64,000 nucleotides of DNA, taken from assembly GCA_043228905.1 (NCBI GenBank), contig JBHGNT010000008.1, positions 12,214,001 through 12,278,000 of the forward strand, read 5' to 3'. Position numbers and translations under genes: made by a program. The notes beneath the pieces are model-generated. The model saw only the letters and a program-made list of their open reading frames with translations, was not told where the DNA came from and made no database searches. This document shows positions 36,701 through 50,300 of this stretch, in pieces. Every line of letters starts with the position of its first letter. Within the stretch, counting starts at the first letter, position 1. Origin of the DNA: Azolla caroliniana. Lineage: Eukaryota > Plantae > Polypodiophyta.

Positions 36701-38594
36701 CCATTCTACTCTGGCATGTATCTACAACTGAATTCGCGCCAAATTCCCCTTTGTTGTAGATAACCGTTGAATTGGCCGGAAAAGTACTCTTTTCCGCCAT
36801 CCGACCGCAGGCACTTGATCTTCCATCCTGTTTCCGTTTCCACGAACCCTTTGAGGTCACGAAAACAGTCGAAGACTTCACTCTTCCTCTCAATGAGGTA
36901 GATCCACGTGTGCCGCGTGTGGTCGTCGATGAAGAAGACGAAATATCGGCTCCCGCCAAGACTAACGTTTTGTGTCGGCCCCCATACATCGGAGTGTATA
37001 AGGTTGAGCTTGTTCCGGCTCTGATTTCGCTCGTTGGGGAAAGGAAGTCGGTGTTGCTTCCCGAGCTGGTAGGCTTCACAAATTTGTGCCTTTCGGCCAC
37101 TAAACTTGGGCAATCCGAACACTACCTGTTTCGATTGCAGATCTTGAAGCCATTGGTGGTTGACGTGGCCTATCCGCTTGTGCCACAAGTCGATGTCCGA
37201 CTCAGTTTTTTGTCCCTTTGCGAACATTGCGGTGCCGCCGTCAGTGGAATCGAGGATGAACATCCTCCCGTCTCTGCGCCCTTGTGCAATCACACGGCCT
37301 TCTTCCTCAATGAAGCACCCGAGGTGTGTAAACCGAACCTCCATTCCTTGGTCGACGATCTGTCCGACCAAGACCAAGTTCTTCGTGATTGTCGGAACGT
37401 GCAACACGTTCATGAGTTTCCCTTTCTGCCCGACATGGCTAAGGGGAACTTCTCCGACATTCGCGATCAGATGCGGAGTGTCGTCTCCTATTGCGACTAC
37501 TCCAGGTTGTATCAGTTTTTCAAGGTACGAGAACCACTCCTTATGGCTTGTCATGTGGTTTGACGCGCCGGAGTCTACGTACCACACCTCGTCCGATCTC
37601 GGGGTGCTCTGTTTCATTGAGTTTGCTTCGTGTCTCGTCACGAAGACAGAACCTTCTCTGACTCTCCCGGAGTCTTCGGCGTAGTGCGATCGCTGCCGGT
37701 TTCCCTTGTCGGTATGTCTGGAGCCGTTTTCAGAACCAGTTCTCTCCGAGTCGGCGCGCTTCTTCCAGCACTCGCTTTCCCTGTGGCCTTTCTTGCCACA
37801 GTACCAGCACTCCGCGATGGCCTTTCCTTGTCGGTTCTCATCGCTTCGACTCCCCCTGTTTCCGGAGGGTCTGGAGTTGTCGTCGGCATCACTTCGGTGC
37901 CTTCTTCCTTGATCTCGTTGGCCGCCTTCATTGCGCCCCGACTCGCCTCGTCCTCCACGTCCACGAGGCCTATCTCCCTCCGTGTACAACATTTTGCTAT
38001 CGGCGTGCGTGCTTGTAGACGCACCCGCGTGGTCTCCTCTACCAGGAGCATTGACTGTAAGTCAAAGAAGGACGACGTATTCTCCCGGGTACACACAGCC
38101 GTTCGGAATGCTCCGAACTTCGACGCCAAACCTCCGAGACAGATCTGGACCATCTCGCTCTCCTCGATGTTCACCTCTATGGAGGCGAGGGAGTCGCAGA
38201 TATCCTTGATCTTCGAGGTATAGTTCGCCACCGACAAGTCGCGTTGTTGTAGGTTGCTCAACTCCTGTCAGAGCTGAAGCTTCCTGGCTGTGGTGCTCGT
38301 GGCGAAAATCTTCTTCAGATTTTCCCACGCACCCTTCGGTGTCTTTGCATCCCGAACATAGCTCAGTAGTTGTTCGCCCACACACGACGCGAAGCAGTAC
38401 AATACCCTGCTCGCCGATTGCTCCCACGACGGGAAGTCTCTGTGTGTCGATTCGGGTGCCGTGTCATTAGCTCCTTCGACATAACTCCAGTAGCCGTGCC
38501 CGAGCAGGTACTGGTGCATCTTGTAAGACCAAGACGCGTAGTTGGTTCTGTCGAGCTTCTCTATTGGAAGCGAGCTCGCCATGCCTCTATCCAT
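33775..38594 (-). pseudogene. Copia D gag-pol (gag, protease, integrase, RT, RNase H) with a few stops and one frameshift
   Basis: ORFs 38268-38594, 37638-38261, 36706-37992, 36169-36699, 33775-36132. Motifs CWYCGKKGH, VDSGASNHM, IHSDVWGP, YVDDL, ARTKHIEVHYHF. Confidence 0.95.
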
Positions 38595-38666
38595 CGTTCT
38601 TCTTGTTCTTCTTCGTCAAGTTGTGTCGGCTGCAGAGAGGTTCTCAACCCTCGTGCTCTGATACCA

Positions 38667-39053
38667 TGTAGAAAATAGCGTGCGGAAGCAGGTATGAAGA
38701 CAGAACAGAGGAAGGAAACTCAGGTTCAATGGAGAGCTTGGGCTTACACGATATACGCGGGAGAGACAGAGAGAGAAACACAGAAAACTCTATATTCAAT
38801 AATAATACTCAGTCTGTACATAAGACGTGCACAGTGAACACTTTTATACAAGTCCTGGAAGGACTGACTGAAGTACTGATAGTACTTCAATGCTCATTAA
38901 GAGCTCCTACACTAACTCCCAAATATATTCCTCACGGAATATCTTTCCTAACGATCTCCCGGTTTACGCACTCGGCCTAACCGATCGGTCCCAACCGATC
39001 CGGTCCTCGGCTTCTTCAGCCGATCCGTCCGATGTTGAGCTTGTCTCTCAACA
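38667..39053 (-). repeat. Copia D 5' LTR
   Basis: Adjacent to PBS. Confidence 0.96.
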
Positions 39054-40029
39054 ATAGTTAAAAACAAAAACAATAGAAAGACAAAGAATGTTAATATATG
39101 ATTGACTATTTTAATCAAACTAACTAAAAAACAGAAAACACTTCACCTTCTTGGTATCTTCCAACATTAAGTAAGATTGTCTCGTGAGCTTATGCAAAGC
39201 TTGTCAATAGCTTCAATCATCAATCTTATCCCCGACAGTGACGCCAAATAGATGTGTGGCTTCCGTTGATATTGTTGTGCCTAGGATCTGGATTAGCATA
39301 TACCCTGTGAATCAAGGAAGGGTGGTTGTCGAGAACCATTGCGCTACTACGTTACTTAACCTTAGTAATCAATACTTACACTTACTCTCTCTCACACACC
39401 CTTTACTCTCTCTTGTAAATAGAAATTGATGTAAAAACAAATGAGACACAAAGAAGGAATGCACCATTTCTTATTATCAAATATGTTTAACACCATACAA
39501 GAGTGGGAAGATTAGGCTTTGTCTCAATTAGCTCTTAACTTTAATCACTCTTAGCTCTAATAGAGGATTAGGGGGATAGAGTGAAAGCTCTAATATAGTA
39601 AAGGAAATGAGAAAACCCAAGATTTGAAAAGAGCTACAAAAGTCACCAAAAGGTGCCTTTTATAACTTTTTACAAGGTTAATGGGTTCCTTTCACACTAG
39701 ATTGCCCTTTGGCTACAATGCTTCCTATTTGAGTTTTACTCTATCCCCCTTTTCTTATGGTTTGTTGAGCTTGGTGTCTCTTGTTGGCGTCGTGGTCTCC
39801 ACAACTGGTGGCTAGGGTGCCATATGCTTAACACTTGAACCCATGACCTTCTTGAGGAAGGCACTTTAGCCACTAGGCAATTGATATTATAAATATTATA
39901 GAATTTATATCATGACTCTACAAATATCCAAAGGCCATCATGACCTTGTTGAATAAAACGTGTAAGTACTTCTTTGAAAGTAAACATAAAATATACTTTG
40001 ATTAAGAAAAACAAACTAGCACAAGAAAA

Positions 40030-42047
40030 TGTTAGGATCGGAACCAACCACAACCAGTTACTCGTATATGTATTGGGGTGCAAAGAAACGACAATGACAG
40101 TGCACAAACAAGAAAGAATAGAAAATGAGAAACTCATAAATGAGACACAATATTTACGTGGGAAACCCGGAAGGGAAAATCCACGGGAGTCCTCGAACTC
40201 CGAACTAGATCACTATAAGGGGAGGAGTACAAGGAAAAGCTCCAAGGCCAACAACCTTGAGCTCTCCTTCGTTAGATAGACGACAACAAAGTTATTACTC
40301 TCACACTCTCTCTCTCTCACACTCTCACAGTTATAGAGACAACTACACATTGTAACTTATTCAACTATAATGTTTATCACACACTCCTTAAAGTTTGCCC
40401 TAGTTGTATATATACTCATATACATTGCAGACTATTTACAAATATAGCCTCCCGAATTGATTATATAATCGATTCTCAATTTTTGATTTCGGCCTCGGCC
40501 GAAATACTCATCGACTCCATGGAATTGGTTCTCCCCTTTTCCTCGATTCGAGCTTCACTTCCCATCTAGATGGACCTGTTATCCAACAAACCCCCCCTTC
40601 ACTTCGGCATGGGGTACTTCACCAATCTGACCCTTTGTCGGCACTCGTTCAACTTCTCTGCTGGCAACACTTTCGTTAGCATGTTTGATCGATTTTTGGC
40701 CGCTTGGATCTTCATCAATGCAAACTCCTTTTCTTCTACTCGCTCTCGAAGCCAATGATATCTCCTCTGGATGTGCTTGGGCCTTGAGTCATAGGCGGCA
40801 TCCTTGGCAAGGTGGATGACACTCTGGTTATCGTTGTGGAGTTGGAATTCCTCTTGCTAAATTCCCAGATCTCCGATGAACTCCATCCAAATTATCTCCT
40901 TGCTAGTTTCTGTTGCGACCATGTACTCAACTTCCGTGGTCGACAACGCCACGGCCTTCTACAGCCTCAACTCCCCCAGCATAGGTCATTATGTATCTGG
41001 ACGTGGCGGCTGGTATCCACATCAGCCGACATGTCCGAATCGGTATAACCTTTTAGTGTGGGGTTACCTGAGCCGAATTGGAGGCACAGGTTCGAGGTGC
41101 CTCTTAGGTACCGAAGTATCCACTTGACCACTGCCCAATGCTCTCTTCCGGGGTTGCTCATATATCGGTTGACCACGCCGACTGCATATCCAATGTCTGG
41201 CCTTGTACACACCATTGCGTAAATCAGGCTTCCGGCTGTTGACGCATAAGGGACTTTTGACATCTCGGCCTTCTCGGTTTTCGATTTTGAACTCTAGCTT
41301 CCAGGCAGCTTGCAGTTCGTCGGTAGTGTCAAGCCGGCCGGTTTCACGCTTTCCATGCCGAATCTCTAGAGCACCTTTGTCATTTATTTCCCCCATGAAA
41401 ACCATAACAATTTCTTGTTTGATCCCGAAAAATGTGCATTCCTAGCATTTGTTTTGACGGACCCATATCTTTCATTGAGAATGACCTACTCAAGGCCTTC
41501 TTCAAACTTCTGATTTTTCTCGGGTCCTATCCGACAATCAACATGTCATCAACATATAGTAGGAGGATGAGAAAATCTCCTCCATCATACTTCTTGACAA
41601 AGACGCAATGATCAACTTGTGTCTTGTCGAAACCATGATCCATCATGAAAGATTCGAACTTTGGTACCATTTCCGAGGTGCTTGCTTTAGCCCATACAAG
41701 CTCTTTCTCAATCGGCATACCAGGTTTTCTTTACCTTTTTTTTCAAATCCTTCCGGTTGGTGCATGTAAATCGCTTCCTCCAAATCTCCATGAAGGAAGG
41801 CAATCTTGATGTCTAGTTGCTCGACTTCAAGGTCCATGTTGGCCGCTATGCTTAGCACTGTTCGGATTGACGTCATCTTTATGACTGAGGCAAATATTTC
41901 GTCGAAATCAACACCCTTCTTTTGTTGAAAGCCTTCACCACGATTCGGGCTTTATATCTGGGTAGATTCCCACTATCTCCCAATTTCAACTTGTATACCC
42001 ACTTATTCTGGAGTGCCGTTTTCCCTTTTAGAATTTTGGTGAGTTCG
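40030..42047 (-). mobile_element. Tnt1-like Copia element E: 3' LTR (40030-40588), PPT, degraded RT/RNase H; rest displaced beyond the nest
   Basis: VPYASTAGSLIYAMVCTRPDIGYAVGVVNRYMSNPG, LDIKIAFLHGDLEE, LLYVDDML. PPT rc AAGGGGGGG next to LTR. Confidence 0.88.
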
Positions 42048-42490
42048 TGTTAGCCGCCTTGGACGGCCAAGTGGGAAAGGTCAAGAAGGAGAAAAGACAA
42101 AGGGACGGTTACGACAAGCAAAGAAGATGGGTGGGGCCGTAGCATAATAAAGAGGGAGTAACAACCATACTGCAGGGACAACCGAAGCATAATTAATATT
42201 TTAAGAAGCTGTAACGGTTCACGCACCGAGCGTAACCCACCCATAACCCTATATATAAAGGGCATGGAAAACTTGTAATAGCTAGCGATAATTTTGTATC
42301 CAACATCTACAATACAGTTTTTGTTTGCCTGACTCTATGTGTTCTTGTAACTCTTCGTATCGGTTTCGTGTCAAGTTCATTTTTTGTGTTGAGTCATATA
42401 CGATGTGTAAGCTATTGCGTAAGAAGTCGGTTGTAGCCATCTTCCTAATCTCCACAGTCTCCACGATTAAGTTAACGCTTATGGGCTCAT
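42048..42490 (+). mobile_element. Partial LTR (I) interrupting Copia E and itself interrupted by Gypsy G
   Basis: Starts TGTTAG exactly where E RT homology stops; CCCTATATATAAAGGG TATA box. Other end not in the window. Confidence 0.55.
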
Positions 42491-42696
42491 TGTTGTCCAT
42501 AGGCCAGAAATGTAATTACAAAATATGTAAACTCGTCGTAGGTAGAAAAGTAGGTGAGGAAATAGGTAGAACTAAAATAGTCGAGTTTTGAGCCCCTCAC
42601 AATTAGCCGACGGCTTGGCTCTATGCAAAGAAGAAAACTATATAAACCGAGACCTGCATACCTCGGTAGAGGGAGATATACCTAGATTATTAGCAG

Positions 42697-45600
42697 TGTT
42701 GAGAATCAAGCTCAACTTGGTCTAGTGTGTGAACTCACCTTGAGAGTGAATAGACACTTCAACAGTCAAGAGTCACCATTATGTCACCACTTTGTATTCT
42801 AGCATTTAGTATGAGTCATAGAATCATATTCTATGACGCATAACTTATGAGCTTTCACATTCCCCATTCTTCATGAGTCTTGTAGTTAATGAAGAGAGAG
42901 GGTGACTATATAAAGCAACCTCCTCCCATCTTGTATAATGTTGAGTCTTTCTCCATTGTTAATATACTTTACCTTGTGTATTCTCTGTGTCTTACTCCTC
43001 TCTCTCTCTCTCATACACACACATAACTCACATCTCTTCCGCTTCACAAGAATCATATCCGATTCTCTACATGCTATCAGAGTGATTTGGTAGCTCGATC
43101 TAGCCCAATCGCCTCTTCGTGATCATGTGTTGTGCTCCACGCCGACGACCAAGAACTGGCTCATCGCTATCGTAGCTTCTCTACATAGCTAGCATTCGAA
43201 GAGAGAAGAAGAAGAAGAAGAATCGAATTAATGAATACTCAAATGGGGAGCGCTCTCCCTACCGAGAAGTTGGATTGAAACAACTTCACATCTTGGGAGT
43301 ACAAGATGCACCAATACTGAGACATAGAGCAAACTCTATGTCAGCCTCTACCTCAACTAGTGCCCTCAATCCGGAGGACGTATGGTTTGTTGACTCCGGA
43401 GCCTCAAACCATATGACATCTCATAAAGAATGGTTTCTCGAACTTCGAGAGCCGGAGCGACCCAGTTATGTCGAAACCGGAGATGACACTATGCACCCGA
43501 TTCGGCACATCGGCAATGTTCCATTCGACGAAAGAGATAAGCAAATATACATTAAAAATGTCTTGCATGTTCCCACCATCACGAAGAATTTGGTCTTGGT
43601 TGGCCAAATGGTTGAGCAAGGGATGCAAGTACGATTCGACCAAGAAGGGTGCTTCATCGAAAAAGAAGGCCGAATCATCGCGCGTGGAAGAAGAGAGGGC
43701 TAGATGTTCATTCTCGATTCACACGAGATGAAATCCTCCATGTTCGCAAAAAGCACAAAAGCCGACTCCGACATAGAGCTATGGCACAAACGAATCGGCC
43801 ACATCAATCTCAATAAACTCAAAGCAATGAAATCGAAAGGAGTCGTCATCGGACTCCGACATTCAAAGAGAAGGAGATTGAAGGTGTATTCGAATCGTGG
43901 CAATTCGGCAAGCAACACCGACACCCATTCCCGAAAGAGTGGAACGTGAGCAAAGGTCTACTCGACGTAGTCCATTCTGACGTATGGGGACCGGCGTAGA
44001 TGGCTACATTCAACAGATGCCGATATTACGTGCTCTTCATCGACGACTTCTCTAGGCACACGTGGCTCTATCCGATGTGGCAAAAGAGCAAAGTGTTCGG
44101 ACACTTCCAAAAGTTTAAAAATGAAGTCGAAAAAGCCACTAGTCGTCATGTACGATGCCTTCGATCGGATGGCGGCAAGGAGTACTTCTCGGACGATTTC
44201 ACGGCGTATCTCCGAAAGGAAGGAATTCGGCGAAAATTCACTTGCCGACACACTCCGCAACAAAACGGAGTAGCCGAGTGCAAAAATCGGCACATCCTCG
44301 AAGTAGCGTGGGCCATGATGAACGAGAAGCATATGCCCAAGTCATATTGGGCCAAAGCTGCAAATACGGTCGTCTACCTAATGAACCGGTGCACAACATC
44401 CGGAGTGCACGAGGTCACTCCGCATGAAAAATACTTCGGAAAGAAGCCGGAATTATCTCACACCCGGATATTTGGCGCGATAGCATATGTGCACATACCC
44501 AACGAAAAGCGGCAAAAGCTAGATCCAAAGTCAGAGAATCTCGAAAATCTCGAGTAAGTCCAGATGTCGTTTTTTACGAGTGTACATCTTGGTACGCACT
44601 AGAGACGACTTCGACTTCGACTCCGCTCGACCCGGAATCTGCCGAACAAGAGATCAAACCACATCACGGCCTAGCCCGTCGATGGACAAAGGCAATGCGA
44701 AAATGACGGAATACGAAGACGATCGACGACGATGAGTCGACTCACTCACTTGACAGTGAGTTCGGTGGCTTCGATGTACCAATCGGAGCTAAGAAATCCC
44801 TCATCTCTGCAAATGAAAAGCTCCGTCGCTCTACCCGTGAAACGAATCCGGTCAGCCGACTCGGCTACAACGACTACATGGCATATCACTATGCCTTTAT
44901 GATGAAGGTGGCGACAGTACGCGAATCGAAAACACTTTCCGAAGCAGCCAAGGATCCGCGATGGATCGAAGCCATGAACGAGGAGATGCAGGCACTACGC
45001 ACGAACGAGACATGGGATCTTGTTCCCACCTCACCACACAAAAAGGCAATCAGATGCAGATGGATTTACAAAGTGAAGTACAACGCTGACGGTTCTGTCA
45101 ACCGTTACAAAGCGCGACTCGTAGCGAAAGCCTACGCCCAAACGCACAGAGTTGACTACGAGGAGACCTTTGCCCCGGTGGTAAAGATGACGATGGTACG
45201 GACCGTAATTGCGCTTGCCACGGCGAAAGGGTGGCACCTCCATGAAATGGATGTCAAGAATGCCTTTCTACAAGGGGAATTAGAAGAGGAGGTGTACATG
45301 ATACAACCACCTGGTTTCAACTCGAGCACCCATCTGAAAGTTGTATGCCGACTCAAGAAGCCTCTCTACGGCCTCAAGCAAACACCGTGTGCATGGCATT
45401 CGAAGATAACGCAATATCTTCATCAAATTGGCTTCCGTATGTCGAAATCGAACAATTCCCTCTACATACGAAGCGATTCTGCAAGTCCAATCGTCATCAT
45501 CTTATATGTGGATGACCTAGTCATTGGAGGTGAGCATCTCGTCGAAATCAATAAGGTCAAATCCCTCCTTTCCGACAAGTTCGAGATGACAAACATGAAG

Positions 45601-46650
45601 GAGCTTCACTACTTCCTCGGCATCGAGGTAATTCGGACTCCGGCCGGAATCATGATCTCTCAACGGCACTACATCTTCAACTTGTAAATCCGCGGCAACC
45701 CCGCTCGATCGCAATCTCAAACTAGATGCAAAATCCAACACCAAAGCGTGTGAGCCGACTCAGTATCGGCAACTCATTGGGAGTCTCATCTACCTCACGA
45801 TCACTTGACCCGATCTCAATTATCCGGTCGGTCTCCTTAGCCAATTCATGCAAACACCACGTGATACTCACTTGGATTGCGCTAAGCGAGTTCTACGATA
45901 CGTGAGCGGCACAATGGATTGCGACATCGTCTACAAGACCGCGATGCCAATACGACTCGAGGGATACACAAACGCCAATTGGGTTGGCTACAAAGCTAAT
46001 AGAAGATCAACCTCCGGATTTGTTTTTCCCCTCGGCAGCGGAGCAATATCCTGGAGCAACAAAAAGTAACTAGTTGTCGCTCTTTCGAGCACAGAGGCGG
46101 AATACAGGGGTGCGGTAGTGGCCGCATGTGAAGCCGTATGACTCAAAAGGATACTCAAGGATCTAGGCGTACCCATCGAGGATCCGACTTCCCTTTACTA
46201 CGACGACATGAGCAGTATCTATCTGGCTCGGAACCCGGTGTTCCACGCGCGAACAAAGCACATCGAAGTGCACTATCACTTCATCCGAGAGTGCGTTCTG
46301 GCTAGTGATGCCGACCTACAACACATTAGCACAAATCTTCAAATGGTCGACATCCTCACTAAAGCCTCAGGAGCCGACAAGCTATGGCAATTCATGACCG
46401 ATCTCGGATTGACGCATAACTTATGAGCTTTCACATTCCCCATGCTTCGTGAGTCTTGTAGTTAATGAAGAGAGAGGGTGACTATATAAAGCACCCTCGT
46501 CCCACTTTGTATAATGTTGAGTCTTTCTGCTTTGTTAATATACTTTACCTTGCGTATTGTCTGTGTCTTACTCCTTCTCTCTCTCTCTCTCATACACACA
46601 CATAACTCACATCTCTTCCGCTTCACAAGAATCATATCCGATTCTCTAGA
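42697..46650 (+). mobile_element. Ty1/Copia element F (same family as C), gag-deleted, 3' LTR truncated
   Basis: TSD AGCAG. 5' LTR 42697-43071. Protease/integrase 43330-44557, RT/RH 44878-46410, partial 3' LTR ~46410-46650. Confidence 0.92.
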
Positions 46651-46828
46651 AGCAGGATTAGTATAGTAGTGCTTGGCTTTACACAAGACTATTTCCGGCC
46701 CAAAGTTGTGTACTGTATTCATTGTGAGCTTTCTCCTTTAATATAAATCTCGCTCTTACTGTTCCTTCATCTGTGTGTTCTCCCCGTACTCGTAATCCTA
46801 GCTACGTCTACGTCTACTAGGTTGTAGC

Positions 46829-47283
46829 TGTTACCCGTTCCTTTGGGTGAACACCTTCAATAGATCTGCGACTATCGGTCTTCAAGGGCGTGGTACGTGA
46901 AGGCTCGTAACAGAGATGTCGAGAGAGAGACAAGGTTCAGAGAGAAAACACTAGCGGGGTCTTGATAGACGTGGCGGCGTTGAACTCATAGGTAGGAATC
47001 AAAGCACAAACTCATGGAGCAAAATAGGCACAAATCAGATATATTACTATGACAGCAAAGATTACAGAACACGGCCTATGGCCGGTGACCTTACAAGTTT
47101 ATCTAGTTACGATGGCCTAAGCTAGTGCTTCCGCCTATAGTTTTCTTCTCCCCCTCTCTGAGGTACTGGTCCTCGTTTAAATAACTTTTCCCCTAATACA
47201 CAGCCGAGCCGTCGGTGGCCCATAATACTCAGACTCGGCGTTTGCTAATTTCCTAATTTTACATTTCTGTCCTCTGGACAACA
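46829..47283 (-). repeat. Gypsy H 3' LTR
   Basis: Direct repeat of 63192-63646. Confidence 0.96.
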
Positions 47284-47381
47284 CCTGGCACGCCCGTTGG
47301 ACGGGACCTTGTCTGTCGGACCCACGACTTACAAAATACTAATAGTATTACAAAAATTGCCTTTTAGGCGTGATCCTTGTT

Positions 47382-50300
47382 TCATTCCTCCTTTAAGATG
47401 TCGAGGATGCTTTCGGGGTCCGGGGTGGTGGCAGGGTGGTCTGGTTGGACTGTCGGTGCGGGGGGTTGAGTTTGGTCCGGGGGTGGCATATCTTCTCAGG
47501 CGTCCGCCTCAGGTGCGGCTGATTTTTCTGGTGGGGGTGTGGGTTCGTGGGCGCTGACCTCTACTTCGACAGGAACTGGTACCGTGTGGGCGTCCATGGG
47601 ATGTCTGTTGGCCGGGGCAAGTTCCTCCTGTGCCGTGTCCATGATCTCCTTGCTGGAAGGTTCTTCCTTCTACTCTGTGGCCGTTGGAGGGCTGGTGGGG
47701 ATGGCTGTGAGTCGTTCTCGTTCGAAGGCTTCTGCTTCCAGGCGAAACAACATCTGACCGTCATTGAAGTCCTCCATTATTTGCTCGATTGCTGCGGTGT
47801 GAGATTTTGCCAAGGACTAGTAATCCTCAGTTAAATCTGCACGGAGGTTTTGTATGCTAGCTTCGTCCATTTTGTAGAAGCCGCGGCCCTCCTTCCATCA
47901 GTTCTCGGCGTCGGCGCGTAAAATATGCAATTCGGCAGCTTGGGCTGCCCATTCGTCTCCTGCACGACTTAATGTTTCCTCGACCTTTTTGGTAAGGTGC
48001 TGGCACTGTTTCTCGATCAGTATTCTGATGCGTGTCTCATCCATGCCGGGCTGTGCTCGGATGGCTGCTAATTCCTGTTTTAAGCCGTCGACCTCGGCCT
48101 GAATCTTCTGTGTTCTTAGCTCATAGATGGCCTGAGTGTTCTTTGCATTTGTGGTTACGAGCTGGAGAGCCTGCTCGTAACGCTTGGTGAGTTCTTCGGT
48201 GGCTTGCTCCCGTTCTTTTTGACACGTGGCCCGGATTTGTTCCCGTTCGACGATTCTCTCTTCTTGCAGGGCGAAGTAGGAATCCGATAATGCGTCTTTT
48301 TGTTCTGAAAGTAGCTTGCATTCGATGAAAAACTTGTCAACCATTTCTTTAAGGGTCGTACGCTGACTCTGCAGCTCGGCATTCTCCGCGATCATCCTCT
48401 CCTCCCGTTCGCGATTTCTTTCCTCCTGCCGCTGGTTCCAGTCTTTTGCATTGTCGAGTGCAGCCTATAGGTCTAGAACCTCCTTCTCTTTCTTCACCAC
48501 TGTGGCTGCGTATTCCTCCAGCCTGCTTTTGAGTTCGGCTTCCTTGCCCACGGCTTGCGCTTGTACCCGGCCTAGTGCTTCGTTCTGCTCGTGTATCCTT
48601 TGGTCGGCCTGGGCTCTCATCTCGGCCATATGCTTGGAAGCTTCTTCTTTTAGGCGAGCCATCGCTTCTTGATGCCGTTGTTTGTGTCTCTCGGTTCGCC
48701 GTTGTTCTTCTTTAAGCTCCGTACGGTAATCCTGGAGCGGGGGTTCTGTATGGGTTGCCACCTCCTTGGGTGCACGAGGTGGTGGTATCTCGGTCTTCTC
48801 CATGTGCGTGGGCGCCTCGGTTGTTGTGCAAGCATCGACCATTTGTAACGAGTTCATTTGTGTACTGGCCTGCACCGTCAGGATTGAGTCGGTCATGGTG
48901 CTTTCATCCATCATTGTTATGCGTGGAGGCGCTGGGAGGGCCTCGGTGGTCGTTACCGGAAGGCTCAAGAGTTGTTGTTCCGGCCAGTTTTGCTCCTAGG
49001 CTGCTAGCTTCTGGTTCGCAGCGTGCCATAGTTCTGTAGCCATCTTAGCCTGTTTTTGGGCTATTTTTATCTTTCGGGCCATGTCTTTGGCTGCCCGCGT
49101 AGTGCGATCCAGGTCCCGATATGCCTCGATAAGGGCCGTGTTCAACCCGGGGACCTCCATGAGGAGAGCGGCCTGTTTTGCCTACTTCTTCCTCCCGATT
49201 TTTTGTAAAGCCCTGTCCTCCTGGGGCTCAATTTCACCTATTAGCGCGCGTTGAATCATTTTTGTTTCGGCGTGCTCCTCCACCATTCGAGCGGCTGCCG
49301 CGACTTGGGCTCTAGCGAGGAAGTCGACCAGCTCGAATGACGTACCGAGTCGTAGGAGCGCACTAAATTCGTAAGCCTCCACGGGGAGGTCCTTATACTC
49401 GAGGACTTCATCCTCTGAGATTTGCGTTGTCTACCCATGCTCGATCGTTCCCTGGTTCAGCGATGCCTCCTCAAGGGTGATGGCCAGGTTGCTCTGTCTG
49501 ACAACTAAGGCTTGCTCCTGTTGTGGCTCTTTCTGTTCTTCCGAGGACTCGTGGTTGAGTCGTCTTCTCTTGCTTGGCTGTGTTTGGGGTTCCGGGGCCG
49601 GTAGTGTTGTTTCCTCCGCCTGCTTCCTTTTCTGGGGTCGTGGTGGTGCAACCTGTTGTGTGTTGGGGCGTGGGCTAGGTCCTGGGGAAGTTACCGAAGG
49701 GTGCGATGTTGGCTGTCGAATGGTGACATCATCGGCCGTGTTGTCTTCCGCGGCTACCTCCTCCTCCCATTCTTGGCAGGTCTCGGAAACTGCCCTTTTT
49801 TGTTGGGGTTGGGTGGGTGGTGGTGTAGATGCGAGTTTTTGGTCGGCGGTAGGAGGTGAAGGCGATGTGGGCTCCTCCCATGCTTCGTGGCTGATGGAAA
49901 CGAATTTCTCTCTCTGCCTTCGTGGTGGTGGTGGGGACGTGAGTGTGCGAGGGGAAGGAAGTGAAGAGGGTGGGTATAGAACCATCAAAAAGTGGGTAAG
50001 AACAGACAACATCTTCTTACCGGACTGAAATGAAGCTAAGGCGGCGCGGAGTCCCTCGCCTGTGATGATTCCCCAATCGATTCTATTTCCTTCATACGTG
50101 CTGATGATGATGGCTGCCTTGTTCTGTGGCATGCTCATTGGGTTCGTATGCACGAACGCATACTCCATCAATATACAAGCAATCTCCCCGAAAGCTTTGT
50201 TGGGACCGCCATACGTGCGATATGCCTTCCCTGAGGCTGAGTACTCACCGAAATACGCCTTCATCTTTGATGCCGGGGGTATGTCGACCTCATGGTCCCC

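Larger units (their letters stand above)
33394..39053 (-). mobile_element. Full-length Ty1/Copia LTR retrotransposon D
   Basis: 387-bp LTRs 33394-33780 and 38667-39053 (about 5 mismatches by eye). TSD ATAGT. Met PBS at 38655-38666. PPT at 33781-33790. Confidence 0.97.

Noticed and set aside
36772-38223. Long plus-strand ORFs over Copia D (and similar ones over H and carA)
   Set aside because: Antisense shadows of coding sequence, with no motifs.
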